This document shows, piece after piece, positions 1 to 10,282 of a stretch of 64,000 nt of DNA. The notes below the pieces were generated by a model. It had not been told where the DNA came from and made no database searches. It was given only the letters and a program-made list of their open reading frames with translations. The stretch is taken from NCBI GenBank assembly GCA_002773335.1, contig PFBH01000014.1:8023-72022 (forward strand), read 5' to 3'. The stretch comes from Candidatus Kaiserbacteria bacterium CG10_big_fil_rev_8_21_14_0_10_45_20 (GTDB taxonomy: Bacteria; Patescibacteriota; Minisyncoccia; Phycocordibacterales; Phycocordibacteraceae). Position 1 is the stretch's first letter, and each line of letters starts with the position of its first letter. A program made the translations under genes and the position numbers.

Positions 1-1204
1 GTTCAGAGACTTTTTCGGTTTCTTCTGTAGCTGGAACCTCTTCAATAGGAGCTACCGATACGGTGTTTCCGTCAGTTTCTGCCAACTCTTCACCTTGCGT
101 TGAGTGAATATCAATTGACCACCCCGTTAATTTTGCGGCGAGACGAACGTTCTGCCCCCCTCTTCCGATGGCGAGAGACTGCTGGTCGTCGGTAACTTCA
201 ACAATCGCACGACGTTCATCTTCTTCAAGTGTGACTGAAAGAATTTCTGCGGGAGAGAGTGCATCTTCTACAAACTCTGCCGGTGACTCAGACCACTCAA
301 TAATATCAATGCGCTCACCGCCAAGCTCTGACGTTACGGTAGAAACACGCACTCCCCGCTGACCAACAAGAGCGCCTACGGGATCAATACGGTCATCAAC
401 CGATTGCACGGCGATCTTTGACCGGCTACCCGGTTCACGAACGACACCTTTTATAACAATCGTTTCTGCTCCGAGTTCAGGCACCTCCATTTCAAACAAC
501 TTTTCCAAAAACTTAGGGTGCGCACGAGACAATCGAAGAAATACGCCACGTTGCCCTTCTTCTACCGAGAAGAGGTATGCACGAATACGCTCTCCGGGGC
601 GGAATCGCTCTCCGGGAATCTGCTCTTGGTACGGCATAATGCCTGTTGCACGCCCAAGGTCAACGTACAGGTTTCCTCTCTCCATTCGTTGCACCACCCC
701 TGATACGATGTCGCCCTCTTTTCCGCCAAACTCTTGAACAACAGACGCTCGTTCTGCTTCTCGTATTTTTTGCATAATGACCTGCTTCGCTGTTTGAGCG
801 GCGATACGGCCAAAGTCAGTCCTCTTTTCAAGAGGGAAGACAATTTCATCATCAACGGACACGTCTCGTTTAATACGTTTTGCATCCTCAAGAAACATAT
901 GTTGCTCTTCATTATAGAAGGGACGTTCATCGTCACTCTCTACAACAATGATTTCGCCGTTCTCGTCTGTTTCAGGAATGCGAACTGACTCAGGTGTGAC
1001 GACTACCTTTACCTGTGAAAACTCTACATTACCGCTGACCGGGTCAAACTCTGCGCGAACAATTTGTCCACGCTTTCCAAATTCTTTCTTGTATGCGGTT
1101 GCAAGAGCACCTTCTACCGCTTCGAGCATTTTTTCTTTTGGAATACCTCGCTCTTCGGCAAGTTGCTCTATCACTACATGAATACCTTTTAAATCAAATG
1201 TCAT
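1..1204 (-). CDS. nusA: Transcription termination/antitermination factor NusA (3' end runs off the window)
   Basis: Manual translation from ATG at 1204: MTFDLKGIHVVIEQLAEERGIPKEKMLEAVEGALATAYKKE...FGRIAAQTAKQVIMQKIREAER, plus KH-domain REPGSRSKIAV and SLAIGRGGQNVRLAAKLTGWSIDI; frame open to position 1. Confidence 0.96.
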   Translation of the reverse strand, partial: MTFDLKGIHVVIEQLAEERGIPKEKMLEAVEGALATAYKKEFGKRGQIVRAEFDPVSGNVEFSQVKVVVTPESVRIPETDENGEIIVVESDDERPFYNEEQHMFLEDAKRIKRDVSVDDEIVFPLEKRTDFGRIAAQTAKQVIMQKIREAERASVVQEFGGKEGDIVSGVVQRMERGNLYVDLGRATGIMPYQEQIPGERFRPGERIRAYLFSVEEGQRGVFLRLSRAHPKFLEKLFEMEVPELGAETIVIKGVVREPGSRSKIAVQSVDDRIDPVGALVGQRGVRVSTVTSELGGERIDIIEWSESPAEFVEDALSPAEILSVTLEEDERRAIVEVTDDQQSLAIGRGGQNVRLAAKLTGWSIDIHSTQGEELAETDGNTVSVAPIEEVPATEETEKVSE

Positions 1205-1228
1205 ATATTGTATATTAATTCTTCTAAG

Positions 1229-1259
1229 AAAAATCCGATGCTTATGGCATCGGATTTTT
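1229..1259 (-). terminator. Intrinsic terminator-like hairpin in the nusA 5' leader
   Basis: Minus strand AAAAATCCGATGC-CATAA-GCATCGGATTTTTCTT, between the predicted promoter and the nusA ATG. Confidence 0.65.
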
Positions 1260-1282
1260 ACTATCTGTTCGATTATCTTTCT

Positions 1283-1311
1283 ATACTATAGCGTCCTTCC
1301 TTCTACGTCAA
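1283..1311 (-). promoter_or_regulatory. Sigma70-like promoter for nusA
   Basis: Minus strand TTGACG-17 nt-TAGTAT. Confidence 0.6.
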
Positions 1312-1453
1312 GAGGGAGTACAAACTGATTTTTATCTTCAGGTTTCGGTAGCGGTAAGTGAGCCTGCGTAAGGTCTCTCTCACTATCTTCAGTGCGTTGA
1401 GGTGGTGTGTTAAGAGTTCTGCTAAAAAAAGAATCTGAGGATTCAATTGCCAT
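1286..1453 (-). CDS. Possible small hypothetical protein (55 aa)
   Basis: Manual ORF MAIESSDSFFSRTLNTPPQ...EGRTL*, ATG preceded by AT-rich sequence; no recognisable motif. Confidence 0.35.
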   Translation of the reverse strand: MAIESSDSFFSRTLNTPPQRTEDSERDLTQAHLPLPKPEDKNQFVLPLDVEGRTL

Positions 1454-1591
1454 ATAATAGGAAATTATATATTTATAAATATATTCTTACAAGTTCATTA
1501 TACCCCTATTAATTTTTTCAAAAAGATTATTTTCACAGAAAACCAGCACGTTGTAGGCTGAACCGATAATTACGATGCTACTATTGAAGTA

Positions 1592-3331
1592 ATGCATGTT
1601 TCTGATGAACAATTAAAAAAATTTATTGTTGACTCTGGTCTCGTGTCTCGTAAAGACATTGAGGAGGCTCAAACGTTTAGCGAAACACATCCCGGCGGTT
1701 TAGCTGACGCGCTCGTCTCTCTTGGGTCTCTTTCAGAAGACGATATGCGTCGTATGCTTGCGCACATTTTAGGAATCCCCTTCGTTTCTCTGGAAGGAGA
1801 GAAAATAAATCCAGATATTTTGGCACTTATTCCAGAACCGGTAGCTCGACTTCACAATATCGTTGCTTATAAACAGAGCAAAGAGGGCCTTGAGGTTGCC
1901 ATGCTCGACACCAACGACCTTACGGCAATTGATTTTATAAAAAAGAAGGTAGGTGGAAAGATTTTGCCACGATTGACCGACACTTCGTCACTGAAAGACG
2001 TACTGCTCCAGTACCAAAAGTCACTCAAAGATGAATTTGGCGAGATTATTAAAGACGCGTCAAAGCAAATTAAGGTGGTAGATGACCAAGAAGAGGACGC
2101 TGACTTGAAAAAACTGGCAGAAGACGTTCCGGTTGTAAAGATTGTAGACACACTGCTCCGTCACGCCGTCATTCAAGATGCGTCTGACATTCACATTGAG
2201 CCGATGGAGAACTCTTTGTTAATTCGGTATCGCATCGATGGCATTTTGCATGACGCAATGGAGCTTCCCCGTAACGTTGCGTCGGGTATTACTGCGCGCA
2301 TTAAGGTTCTGTCGCGGTTAAAACTTGATGAGAAACGGTTACCGCAAGACGGTAGGTTTAAAATTGAAGCTGACGGAGAAAAGGTTTCGTTCCGTGTGTC
2401 GGTGCTCCCCACCTATTACGGAGAGAAAATTGTGATGCGTCTTTTGCGAGAGGGAGGTGGAGGGTTTACGCTAGAGAGTCTTGGCTTTCATGGTGCCGGT
2501 CTCGAACGTATCCATAATGCAACGCGACAAACGACAGGAATGATTTTAGTAACCGGACCAACCGGATCAGGAAAGACAACAAGCCTCTACACGGTGCTCG
2601 ATATTTTAAACACTCCAAAGGTGAACATTTCCACTATTGAAGATCCTATTGAGTACCAAATGCCACGAGTCAATCAAACGCAGGTTCGCCCTGATATTGG
2701 CTTTACGTTTGTAAATGGTCTTCGGTCTCTGGTTCGTCAAGACCCCGATATTATTATGGTTGGAGAAATTCGTGACACTGAAACCGCCTCGCTCGCCATC
2801 AATGCCGCACTTACCGGACACTTGGTGCTCTCAACACTCCACACCAACTCGGCGGCGGCAACCATACCGCGCTTTATTGATATGGGAGCAGAGCCATTTT
2901 TATTAGTGTCAACGCTCCGCGTTATTGTTGGACAGCGACTGGTACGTCGACTGTGCTCTGAAAAAGAAGAGTACACGCTTTCTGCAGAAGAAATAAAACA
3001 GCTTGAACGTCAGGTTGATATAGAAAAGGTGCTCAATGTCCTAAAAGAAGAAGATCGAATTGAGAAGAAGGCAACCATTGAAACCATTTCTTTTTACCGA
3101 CCAAAACAAACGGACGAGTGCCCCGATGGGTACACCAGTCGTGTGGGCATCCACGAAGTGCTCGCGGTCACGCCTGCAATCAGAGATTTAATTATTAAAG
3201 AGGCGACAGCAGACGAAATTGAAGCGGCGGCAAAGAAAGAAGGAATGCTCAGTATGGTTGAGGACGGTATATTTAAAGCAGCTGCAGGTGTTACCTCGAT
3301 TGAAGAAGTACTTCGCGTTATTAATGAATGA
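1592..3331 (+). CDS. pilB: Type IV pilus assembly ATPase (PilB/GspE family)
   Basis: ASDIHIEP, RLPQDGR, Walker A GPTGSGKT, TIEDPIEY, RQDPDIIMVGEIRD, TGHLVLSTLHTN. Confidence 0.95.
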   Translation: MHVSDEQLKKFIVDSGLVSRKDIEEAQTFSETHPGGLADALVSLGSLSEDDMRRMLAHILGIPFVSLEGEKINPDILALIPEPVARLHNIVAYKQSKEGLEVAMLDTNDLTAIDFIKKKVGGKILPRLTDTSSLKDVLLQYQKSLKDEFGEIIKDASKQIKVVDDQEEDADLKKLAEDVPVVKIVDTLLRHAVIQDASDIHIEPMENSLLIRYRIDGILHDAMELPRNVASGITARIKVLSRLKLDEKRLPQDGRFKIEADGEKVSFRVSVLPTYYGEKIVMRLLREGGGGFTLESLGFHGAGLERIHNATRQTTGMILVTGPTGSGKTTSLYTVLDILNTPKVNISTIEDPIEYQMPRVNQTQVRPDIGFTFVNGLRSLVRQDPDIIMVGEIRDTETASLAINAALTGHLVLSTLHTNSAAATIPRFIDMGAEPFLLVSTLRVIVGQRLVRRLCSEKEEYTLSAEEIKQLERQVDIEKVLNVLKEEDRIEKKATIETISFYRPKQTDECPDGYTSRVGIHEVLAVTPAIRDLIIKEATADEIEAAAKKEGMLSMVEDGIFKAAAGVTSIEEVLRVINE

Positions 3332-4557
3332 GTATGTCAAAATTTAAAGTTAAAGCAATTACGAAAGGAGAGGATTCGTACGAAGAAGTTATTGACGCTG
3401 AAGATAAATTTGCGGCGTACAGGGAAATTCGTGAGCGTGGAGATACGGTTATTTCTCTCAAAGAGACGCAAGGCAAAGGAGGGGGTGGGCTCTCCCTCTC
3501 TTCAATAGATATTTTTTTGAGCAACGTATCTGCAGACGAAAAGGTGATGCTTACACGAAACCTCGCAGCAATGCTTGAAGCGGGATTGACGGCGTCCAGA
3601 GCTCTCGAAGTTATCGAAAAACAAACTAAAAATAAAAAACTAAAGTCAGTACTGCAGTCTATTGTTTCTGATGTAAAAAAGGGGGATCCGTTGTCGTCTG
3701 CGTTTGCTCGGTTTGATACTATATTTTCTCCACTCCTTATCTCTATGGTTCGCGCGGGTGAAGAATCTGGGCAAATGGCAGAGTCTCTCCGTGTCGTGTC
3801 TTCGCAGATGGAGAGTTCGAACAACCTATCAAAGAGAATAAAGGGAGCAATGATGTACCCGTCGATTGTTCTTATTGCGATGGTGATCATCGGTATTTTG
3901 ATGTTGATGTACGTGGTCCCTACGTTAACGCAAACTTTCTCAGAGCTGGGGACGGAATTGCCAATAACAACGCAAATGATTATTGGCGCGTCAAATTTTC
4001 TTGCTTCTAATACCGTTATCGCGCTTCTGGGAATATTTTTGGTTGTTGTGGGCTTTATATATGCACTACGAACAAAGGTTGGAGCGCGTGTATCAAACTT
4101 TATCTTGCTTCGCGTGCCGGTTATCGGAGATTTAATAAAAGAAGTGAACTCTGCCCGAACAACTCGCACCATATCTTCTCTGCTTTCGGCGGGGGTAGAT
4201 ATGGTGCTCGCCATATCTATTACCAAAGATGTGGTGCAAAACTCTTTTTATCAGAAAGTACTTATTGAAGCAGAGGCGTCGGTTGTAAAGGGCGGAAGTT
4301 TGTCTGAAACATTTCGTAAATATCCAAAACTGTATCCGCCACTGGTTCCTGAAATGGCGGCAGTGGGAGAGGAGACAGGGAGGTTGTCAGAAATGCTCAA
4401 TGAGACAGCTCAGTTTTATGAATCATCGGTAGAACGACAGACAAAAGACCTCTCAACAATTATAGAGCCGATTTTGATGTTATTTATCGGTAGCGTTGTG
4501 GGATTCTTTGCGCTCTCTATGATCGCTCCGATTTACTCACTTTCAAGTGCGATCTAA
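3328..4557 (+). CDS. pilC: Type IV pilus platform protein (PilC/GspF family)
   Basis: Two GspF repeats (AGEESGQM, VGEETGRL), AMMYP, IEPILM, three TM segments; follows pilB. Confidence 0.93.
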   Translation: MSMSKFKVKAITKGEDSYEEVIDAEDKFAAYREIRERGDTVISLKETQGKGGGGLSLSSIDIFLSNVSADEKVMLTRNLAAMLEAGLTASRALEVIEKQTKNKKLKSVLQSIVSDVKKGDPLSSAFARFDTIFSPLLISMVRAGEESGQMAESLRVVSSQMESSNNLSKRIKGAMMYPSIVLIAMVIIGILMLMYVVPTLTQTFSELGTELPITTQMIIGASNFLASNTVIALLGIFLVVVGFIYALRTKVGARVSNFILLRVPVIGDLIKEVNSARTTRTISSLLSAGVDMVLAISITKDVVQNSFYQKVLIEAEASVVKGGSLSETFRKYPKLYPPLVPEMAAVGEETGRLSEMLNETAQFYESSVERQTKDLSTIIEPILMLFIGSVVGFFALSMIAPIYSLSSAI

Positions 4558-6308
4558 TGGTAAAGCAAACGCATACATACAGCACGTCTCAGAGGGGAAT
4601 GACCTTGGTTGACGTCGTTGTTGGAACCGCAATTATGCTGATGGTTTTTTTGGGTTTGTTTGGCGCCTTTAAGCTCTCTATTGAGTTGGTTTTTTCTACA
4701 AAAGCGAAAACAGGGGCGGTGTTTTTAGTAGGTGAGAAGTTAGAGCACATTCGTCTCTTGGCATATGACTCGGTAGGAACCGTTGGCGGTATTCCTCAGG
4801 GGTCAATTCCACAAACTGAAGAGGTGGTGCTAAACGGCATTCCGTACACCATTCGTACACTCATTCAGTACGTAGATGATCCGGCAGACGGCTTAGGAGA
4901 GGAAGACGAAAACGGAATTGTTGCTGACTATAAACGGGTAAAGGTAGAAGCAACGTGGAGTATAAAAGAGTCTATTCGGTCGACGTCTGTACTGTCCGAT
5001 ATTGCTCCCGTAGGAGTTGAGAGTGTCTCCGGTGGAGGAACACTGAAAGTTAATGTTTTTAACGCGCAAGCAAGCGCGGTTGCGCAAGCAACTGTGCGAA
5101 TCGTCAATAACACTCTCAATCCAATTGTTGATGTCTCGGCGCAAACCAACGACAGCGGTTCAATTTCTTTCCCCGGCGCGCTTGAGGGGAGCGAGTATGA
5201 AATTACTGTTTCAAAAGCGGGGTACTCAACGGCACGTACGTATGCGACGGATGCTGGTAACCCAAATCCTTCTCCGGGGCACGTTGCGGTGATCTCGGGA
5301 CAAACATCAGCGATGAGCTTCGGCATCGATCAACTCAGCTCTCTATTAGTCTCTACGTTTGAACCGATTAGAGATAACTCGTTTTCTGACTCGTTTATCG
5401 ACACCTCAAAGATTGCCGAGTCTTCAAACACTACCGTCTCTGAAGGAGATCTGATGCTCGCATCAGACGAAGACGGTTTCATACCTTTTGGGTACGCATT
5501 CTCTAATTCTGTCGAGCCAGAGTACCTGCACGCTTGGGATGAAGTGAGGTTTTCTACCGATGCTCCGGAGGGGACTGTTGCATCAATACACCTCTACTAC
5601 TGGGATGGAGAAGCGTACTCTCTTGTTCCTGATAGTGACGTTTCCAACAACAGCACCGGTTTACTAAAAAGCCCTGTTGATATTTCATTTCTGTCGACTG
5701 AAACATACAGCGACCTTCAGCTGTATGCTGGTTTAGAAAGCGCCGACAGTTTGGTAACGGCGCGAGTGCTGGATTGGGAAATTACTTACGAAGAAGGACC
5801 TCTGCCTCTTGCAGATGTTGCTTTCGATATTCACGGAGAGAAAATTATCGGCTCTGACTCAGAGGAAGCGCCGATATATAAGTTTGATGAAAGTTTTGTT
5901 ACTGGTAGTGCAGGAGAAAGAAATATAAGTGACATTGAGTGGGACACCTACGTTATCGGGCTTCCGCCGTCTTCTCCGTATGCGTTGGTTGAGCGTTGCC
6001 CCAACACGTTAGTGGTTACGCCAAATAGCAACAGCTCTATTTCTCTTACCGTCGACACCAAAACGACACACTCTCTACGTGCGGTAGTTGCATTTGCCGG
6101 GGACCCTGTTTCGGGGGCAACAGTAACCCTTTCGGGTGCGGGCGGTGGAACACAAACAACGTCGACGTGCGGACAAGTTTATTTTTCGGGGCTCACGTCT
6201 GGAGACCGTACCATCACCATTAACAAGACGGGGTTTGAACCATACTCTGAAAATGTCACTGTATCTGGAGAGAGTAGCGTATCGGCAATTTTGATTCCTG
6301 TTGAATAA
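4557..6308 (+). CDS. Large minor pilin-like protein with beta-sandwich (carboxypeptidase-regulatory-like) domains
   Basis: Class III signal-like RG|MTLVDVVV followed by a hydrophobic helix; Ser/Thr/Gly-rich beta-type motifs such as YEITVSKAGY and TITINKTGF. Confidence 0.8.
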   Translation: MVKQTHTYSTSQRGMTLVDVVVGTAIMLMVFLGLFGAFKLSIELVFSTKAKTGAVFLVGEKLEHIRLLAYDSVGTVGGIPQGSIPQTEEVVLNGIPYTIRTLIQYVDDPADGLGEEDENGIVADYKRVKVEATWSIKESIRSTSVLSDIAPVGVESVSGGGTLKVNVFNAQASAVAQATVRIVNNTLNPIVDVSAQTNDSGSISFPGALEGSEYEITVSKAGYSTARTYATDAGNPNPSPGHVAVISGQTSAMSFGIDQLSSLLVSTFEPIRDNSFSDSFIDTSKIAESSNTTVSEGDLMLASDEDGFIPFGYAFSNSVEPEYLHAWDEVRFSTDAPEGTVASIHLYYWDGEAYSLVPDSDVSNNSTGLLKSPVDISFLSTETYSDLQLYAGLESADSLVTARVLDWEITYEEGPLPLADVAFDIHGEKIIGSDSEEAPIYKFDESFVTGSAGERNISDIEWDTYVIGLPPSSPYALVERCPNTLVVTPNSNSSISLTVDTKTTHSLRAVVAFAGDPVSGATVTLSGAGGGTQTTSTCGQVYFSGLTSGDRTITINKTGFEPYSENVTVSGESSVSAILIPVE

Positions 6309-6919
6309 TGCATATGCGTATACACAAACAAAAAACAATTCGCGGACTGACACTCGTTGAAATGGTTATTACCATATCAATATTTTCGATCATTATGGTT
6401 GTGTTGGTGCAGTCAATAATCTTTTTTTATCGTTCAAACACATCATCATTAGAGCAGTCGTACCAGGTGAACTCGGCGCGGAAGGGGAGCGCTGTGTTGG
6501 TGAAAAATATCCGAGAGGCAACGTATGGAGACGATGGTTCGTACCCACTTTCAAACATCGGTTCAACGACCGTCGTTTTTTTTAGCGACACTGAAAACGA
6601 TGACAGTGTTGAAAAAATAACGTACTCACTTTCGGGCACCACGCTCATACGAAACGTGCTTGAGTCTTCCGGAACACCTCCTGTATATACGGGCGGAGGA
6701 GTTGATCACCTCGTCTCTACATACGTCAGAAATGAAGAAGAAGGAGTACCTCTCTTTAGATTTTACGATGTGAACGGAACAGAGATAACAGACTACGAGA
6801 ATGTGAGTGACGTTCGCTCTGTTACTATAAACTTAGTTGTAAACGTACAACCAATTAGGGCTCCACAAGAATTTACCCTTCGTTCAAGCGCAACGCTACG
6901 AAACTTAAAGAGTGAATAG
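6308..6919 (+). CDS. Prepilin-type N-terminal cleavage/methylation protein (PilW/PulJ-like minor pilin)
   Basis: RG|LTLVEMVI prepilin motif, hydrophobic helix, C-terminal LRSSATLRN. Confidence 0.85.
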   Translation: MHMRIHKQKTIRGLTLVEMVITISIFSIIMVVLVQSIIFFYRSNTSSLEQSYQVNSARKGSAVLVKNIREATYGDDGSYPLSNIGSTTVVFFSDTENDDSVEKITYSLSGTTLIRNVLESSGTPPVYTGGGVDHLVSTYVRNEEEGVPLFRFYDVNGTEITDYENVSDVRSVTINLVVNVQPIRAPQEFTLRSSATLRNLKSE

Positions 6920-8378
6920 TATGCCTGTACACACAATGGTATTAAAAAAAATGAACAGTACTGCGCGCGGGTCTTTTGTACTTCTGACGTTGGTGTTTTC
7001 AGCAGTGTTTTTGACACTCATTACATCACTCTCAGGGTACATTTTTATCGAAAAACGAGCACAGCTTGCGAAGGAAAACCTAGAAAAGTCACTCCATATT
7101 GCCGAGGCGGGGCTCAATTACTATCGGTGGCGATTAGCACACTTTCCCGGAGATATCACTGATGGCACCGGAAACCCGGGGCCGTATGTGCACACGTTTT
7201 CTGACCCGGAAGAAGGGACGATCGGAAGCTTTTCTCTTGAAATTTCCGGTCAAACTTTCTGTGGTGTAACTTCGGGCATTTCAATTACATCTACCGGGTG
7301 GACAAACGCAGACCCTTCATTAAAACGTTCTGTGCGTGCAGTGTATACAAGGCCATCGGTTGCTGAATATTCACACATTGTAGATGCAAACGTTTGGGCG
7401 GGGAGCGACCGAATAATTTCCGGTCCGTACCACTCTAACGGAGGTGTGCGTATGGACGGTACTCACAACTCGACGGTTTCTTCTGGTGTTTCGTCGTGGT
7501 ACTGCAGTAGTTCGTTTGGCTGTAGCCCTCAACAAAACCAACCCGGAGTTTTTGGTTCAGGGTCAAACCCCGAGTTATGGAGCTACCCCACAACCCCCGT
7601 TGACTTTGGTGGTATTACGGTCGACCTTGCAGAGCTACGGCAGTATGCCATTGATGACGGCGTCTTTATTGAAAACTCTAACCGTTTTGGATGGAGGGTT
7701 GTTTTTAATGGTGATGGTACGTTTGATGTTCGTAAAGTGCAGTCTGCAACTAAAGTGTGGGAGTACTCTACGGAAGACGGGTGGCAACAAGAGCGACGTA
7801 TTGTAGGAAACCAACAGTCAGCGACAACGTACAGTATTCCAGCAGATTGCCCCGTGGTTTTTATTGAAGACGACATATGGGTGGAGGGTGTGGTGAGCGG
7901 AAAGGTTATTTTAGCTTCAGCTGATGTTACCAATCCGGGTGTAGACCATTCAGTGGTACTGAGTGGCAACATTACGTACGCAAACGAATCTGGAGACGGC
8001 ATCACCATTATTGGCGAAGAAAATGTTCTTATTGGTATAGATGTTCCAAACGAGATGACCATACAGGGTGTATTTATTGCGCAAAAAGGGCGGTTTGGCA
8101 GAAACCACTACTGCGATTACGATTGCTCTAGTACAAAAGGCAATCAATCCGTTCCCGGTAGTTTAGACGAATATGTGACGCGCAGTACACTCAACACAAT
8201 AGGTACGGTTGTTTCAAAAGAGAGAGTAGGCACCAAGTGGACATCGGGGGGGGCTTTTTTATCAGGGTTTAATCAAAGAAACGACTCATTCGATAAGGCT
8301 CTTGCTGACAGCCCTCCACCGTTTACCCCGTATGTGTCCGAAGACTACCTCTTCCGTTCGTGGCGTGAGGTGAATTAA
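6912..8378 (+). CDS. PilX-like minor pilin
   Basis: RG|SFVLLTLV N-terminus lacking E5, IAEAG motif, C-terminal WREV; third gene of the minor pilin cluster; start uncertain. Confidence 0.75.
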   Translation: MNSMPVHTMVLKKMNSTARGSFVLLTLVFSAVFLTLITSLSGYIFIEKRAQLAKENLEKSLHIAEAGLNYYRWRLAHFPGDITDGTGNPGPYVHTFSDPEEGTIGSFSLEISGQTFCGVTSGISITSTGWTNADPSLKRSVRAVYTRPSVAEYSHIVDANVWAGSDRIISGPYHSNGGVRMDGTHNSTVSSGVSSWYCSSSFGCSPQQNQPGVFGSGSNPELWSYPTTPVDFGGITVDLAELRQYAIDDGVFIENSNRFGWRVVFNGDGTFDVRKVQSATKVWEYSTEDGWQQERRIVGNQQSATTYSIPADCPVVFIEDDIWVEGVVSGKVILASADVTNPGVDHSVVLSGNITYANESGDGITIIGEENVLIGIDVPNEMTIQGVFIAQKGRFGRNHYCDYDCSSTKGNQSVPGSLDEYVTRSTLNTIGTVVSKERVGTKWTSGGAFLSGFNQRNDSFDKALADSPPPFTPYVSEDYLFRSWREVN

Positions 8379-8417
8379 TCTGTCCTGTAAGTGACGCACT
8401 GATGGTACTATTGTTTT

Positions 8418-9164
8418 ATGAAACCTATTATTGTAGGAAATTGGAAAACATACGTCAGTTCGCAAAAAGACGCAAAGAAACTTTTTAAGGCAATAGATAA
8501 AAATCTTCCTCGTACGGTCCGTTCAGAGGTTGTTGTCTGCCCCCCGGCTCCACTCATTCAACCGCTCCGTGCCTCGTACGTGGGAAAGAGAATTTCTTTT
8601 GGTGCGCAAGACGTCTCGTTTGAAGACGGCACTCCAACAGGTGACATTATGCCGACAGTACTAAAAGACGTGGGGGCACAGTACGTTATTATTGGACACG
8701 CGGACAAACGGCGTGACGGAGATTCAGATCTGATTGTAGGAGAAAAAATCAACGCAGCGCTCGATAAGGGGCTACGACCAATCGTCTCTTTTGGCGAACA
8801 GGTACGAGACAAAGAGGGGATATACCTTTCAGATTTAGAACAAAGTATTCGGGGGTCCCTGTTTAACCTTACTGAGAGCGCACTGAAAAAAGTAATTATC
8901 GCGTATGAACCTGTGTGGGCAATCGGAGCTACCGTGACACCGTCAGCGCGCGAAATACAAGAGACAAATATTTTTATACGAAAGACACTCGCAACAAAAT
9001 ATTCTCGCGGAGTCGCTCTGAAGGCACGCATTATATACGGCGGTTCAGTTGATGATACAAACGCAGATGAATTAATAGCTGATGCCGATATTTCCGGATT
9101 TCTATTGGGGCGAGCAAGTGTTGATGCTGAAGTGTTTACTACTATTGTAAAAGCATGGCAATAA
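8418..9164 (+). CDS. tpiA: Triosephosphate isomerase
   Basis: VGNWK, GAQD, IIGH, IAYEPVWAIG, IYGGSV. Confidence 0.95.
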   Translation: MKPIIVGNWKTYVSSQKDAKKLFKAIDKNLPRTVRSEVVVCPPAPLIQPLRASYVGKRISFGAQDVSFEDGTPTGDIMPTVLKDVGAQYVIIGHADKRRDGDSDLIVGEKINAALDKGLRPIVSFGEQVRDKEGIYLSDLEQSIRGSLFNLTESALKKVIIAYEPVWAIGATVTPSAREIQETNIFIRKTLATKYSRGVALKARIIYGGSVDDTNADELIADADISGFLLGRASVDAEVFTTIVKAWQ

Positions 9165-10282
9165 GAGTTTTGGATTGGTCGCAAAATTTTTCGGGAAAGA
9201 GCGTACTCGTACGAGCGTCTCTTAACGTTCCTATTGAAAACGGAAACGTTACGAACCCCTTTCGGTTTGAAAGAGCTTTACACACCATTGAGGCACTCGC
9301 TGTTCGTGGTGCGCGGGTGGTAGTTGTTGGGCATATTGGGCGGGCGAGTACCGACTCTTTGGAGGTGGTGCATAGAGAGCTGCAAAAAAGAACTACGGTA
9401 CCCATCCATTTTGTTAACGACGTTGTCGGCGCTCAGGCGCAAGAAGCTGTCGCTCGTCTATCGGGTGGCGAAGTATTACTGTTGGAAAATGTGCGACGTG
9501 ATGCACGAGAAATTGAAAATGATGATACGTTTGCTGCCCGCCTTGCGTCGTTCGGAGAGCTTTTTGTAAACGATGCGTTTGCAGACTCTCATCGCGCACA
9601 TGCATCTATTGTGGGAGTTCCTCATTATATAGAGAGCGTAGCCGGGCCTCGCTTTATGGAAGAATACAACGGTATCCTTCCGGCGCTTAATCCACCAAGT
9701 CCGTCGTTTGCCATTATGGGTGGTGCAAAATTTCTGACCAAAGTGCCACTTATAAAAACACTTTTAGAAAAGTATGACACGGTATTTATTGGTGGAGCAC
9801 TCGCAAACGATTTTTTCTCAGCCAAAGGACACGAAGTTGGAGTGTCACTTGTTTCATCGGTGTCTCACGCAGAAGCACTTCTCAAGAACAGTAAGCTTAT
9901 TACCCCTTCTGATGTAACGGTTTGGGATGGAGAAAAAAAGGATATTAAAAAACTTTCCGACATAGCCCCACGAGACGCTATTTACGATATCGGACCCCTT
10001 TCAGTGAAAGCTATTACTCCGTACATACAAAAGGCACGTTTCATTTTATGGAACGGGCCGTTGGGAAATTTTGAGAAAGGTTTTATTGACGGTACCGAGT
10101 CAGTGGCAAAGGTTATTGCGTCCGCCTCAGGGAAGTCTGTGTTGGGTGGAGGAGACACCGTTGCCTCTATTGAACATCTGCAACTCAAAGAAAAAATAAC
10201 TTTTATCTCAACAGCAGGAGGAGCAATGCTTCAATTTATTGCCGAAGGTACACTGCCGGGTATAGAGGTCCTCAGTGAATAG
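9155..10282 (+). CDS. pgk: Phosphoglycerate kinase
   Basis: LLENVR, FVNDAFADSHRAHAS, GGAK, WNGPLG, GGGDT, ISTAGGA. Confidence 0.95.
   Translation: MAIRVLDWSQNFSGKSVLVRASLNVPIENGNVTNPFRFERALHTIEALAVRGARVVVVGHIGRASTDSLEVVHRELQKRTTVPIHFVNDVVGAQAQEAVARLSGGEVLLLENVRRDAREIENDDTFAARLASFGELFVNDAFADSHRAHASIVGVPHYIESVAGPRFMEEYNGILPALNPPSPSFAIMGGAKFLTKVPLIKTLLEKYDTVFIGGALANDFFSAKGHEVGVSLVSSVSHAEALLKNSKLITPSDVTVWDGEKKDIKKLSDIAPRDAIYDIGPLSVKAITPYIQKARFILWNGPLGNFEKGFIDGTESVAKVIASASGKSVLGGGDTVASIEHLQLKEKITFISTAGGAMLQFIAEGTLPGIEVLSE

Noticed and set aside
3321-4226. Long antisense ORFs (e.g. 3321-4226, 36181-36954, 48248-49243)
   Set aside because: They lie opposite well-supported genes (pilC, secY, ftsH) and have no motifs of their own.
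8418-10282. Deviant motifs in TpiA (GHADKR) and Pgk (RASLNVP) as signs of pseudogenisation
   Set aside because: Both ORFs are full length and keep the other catalytic motifs; consistent with ordinary divergence.
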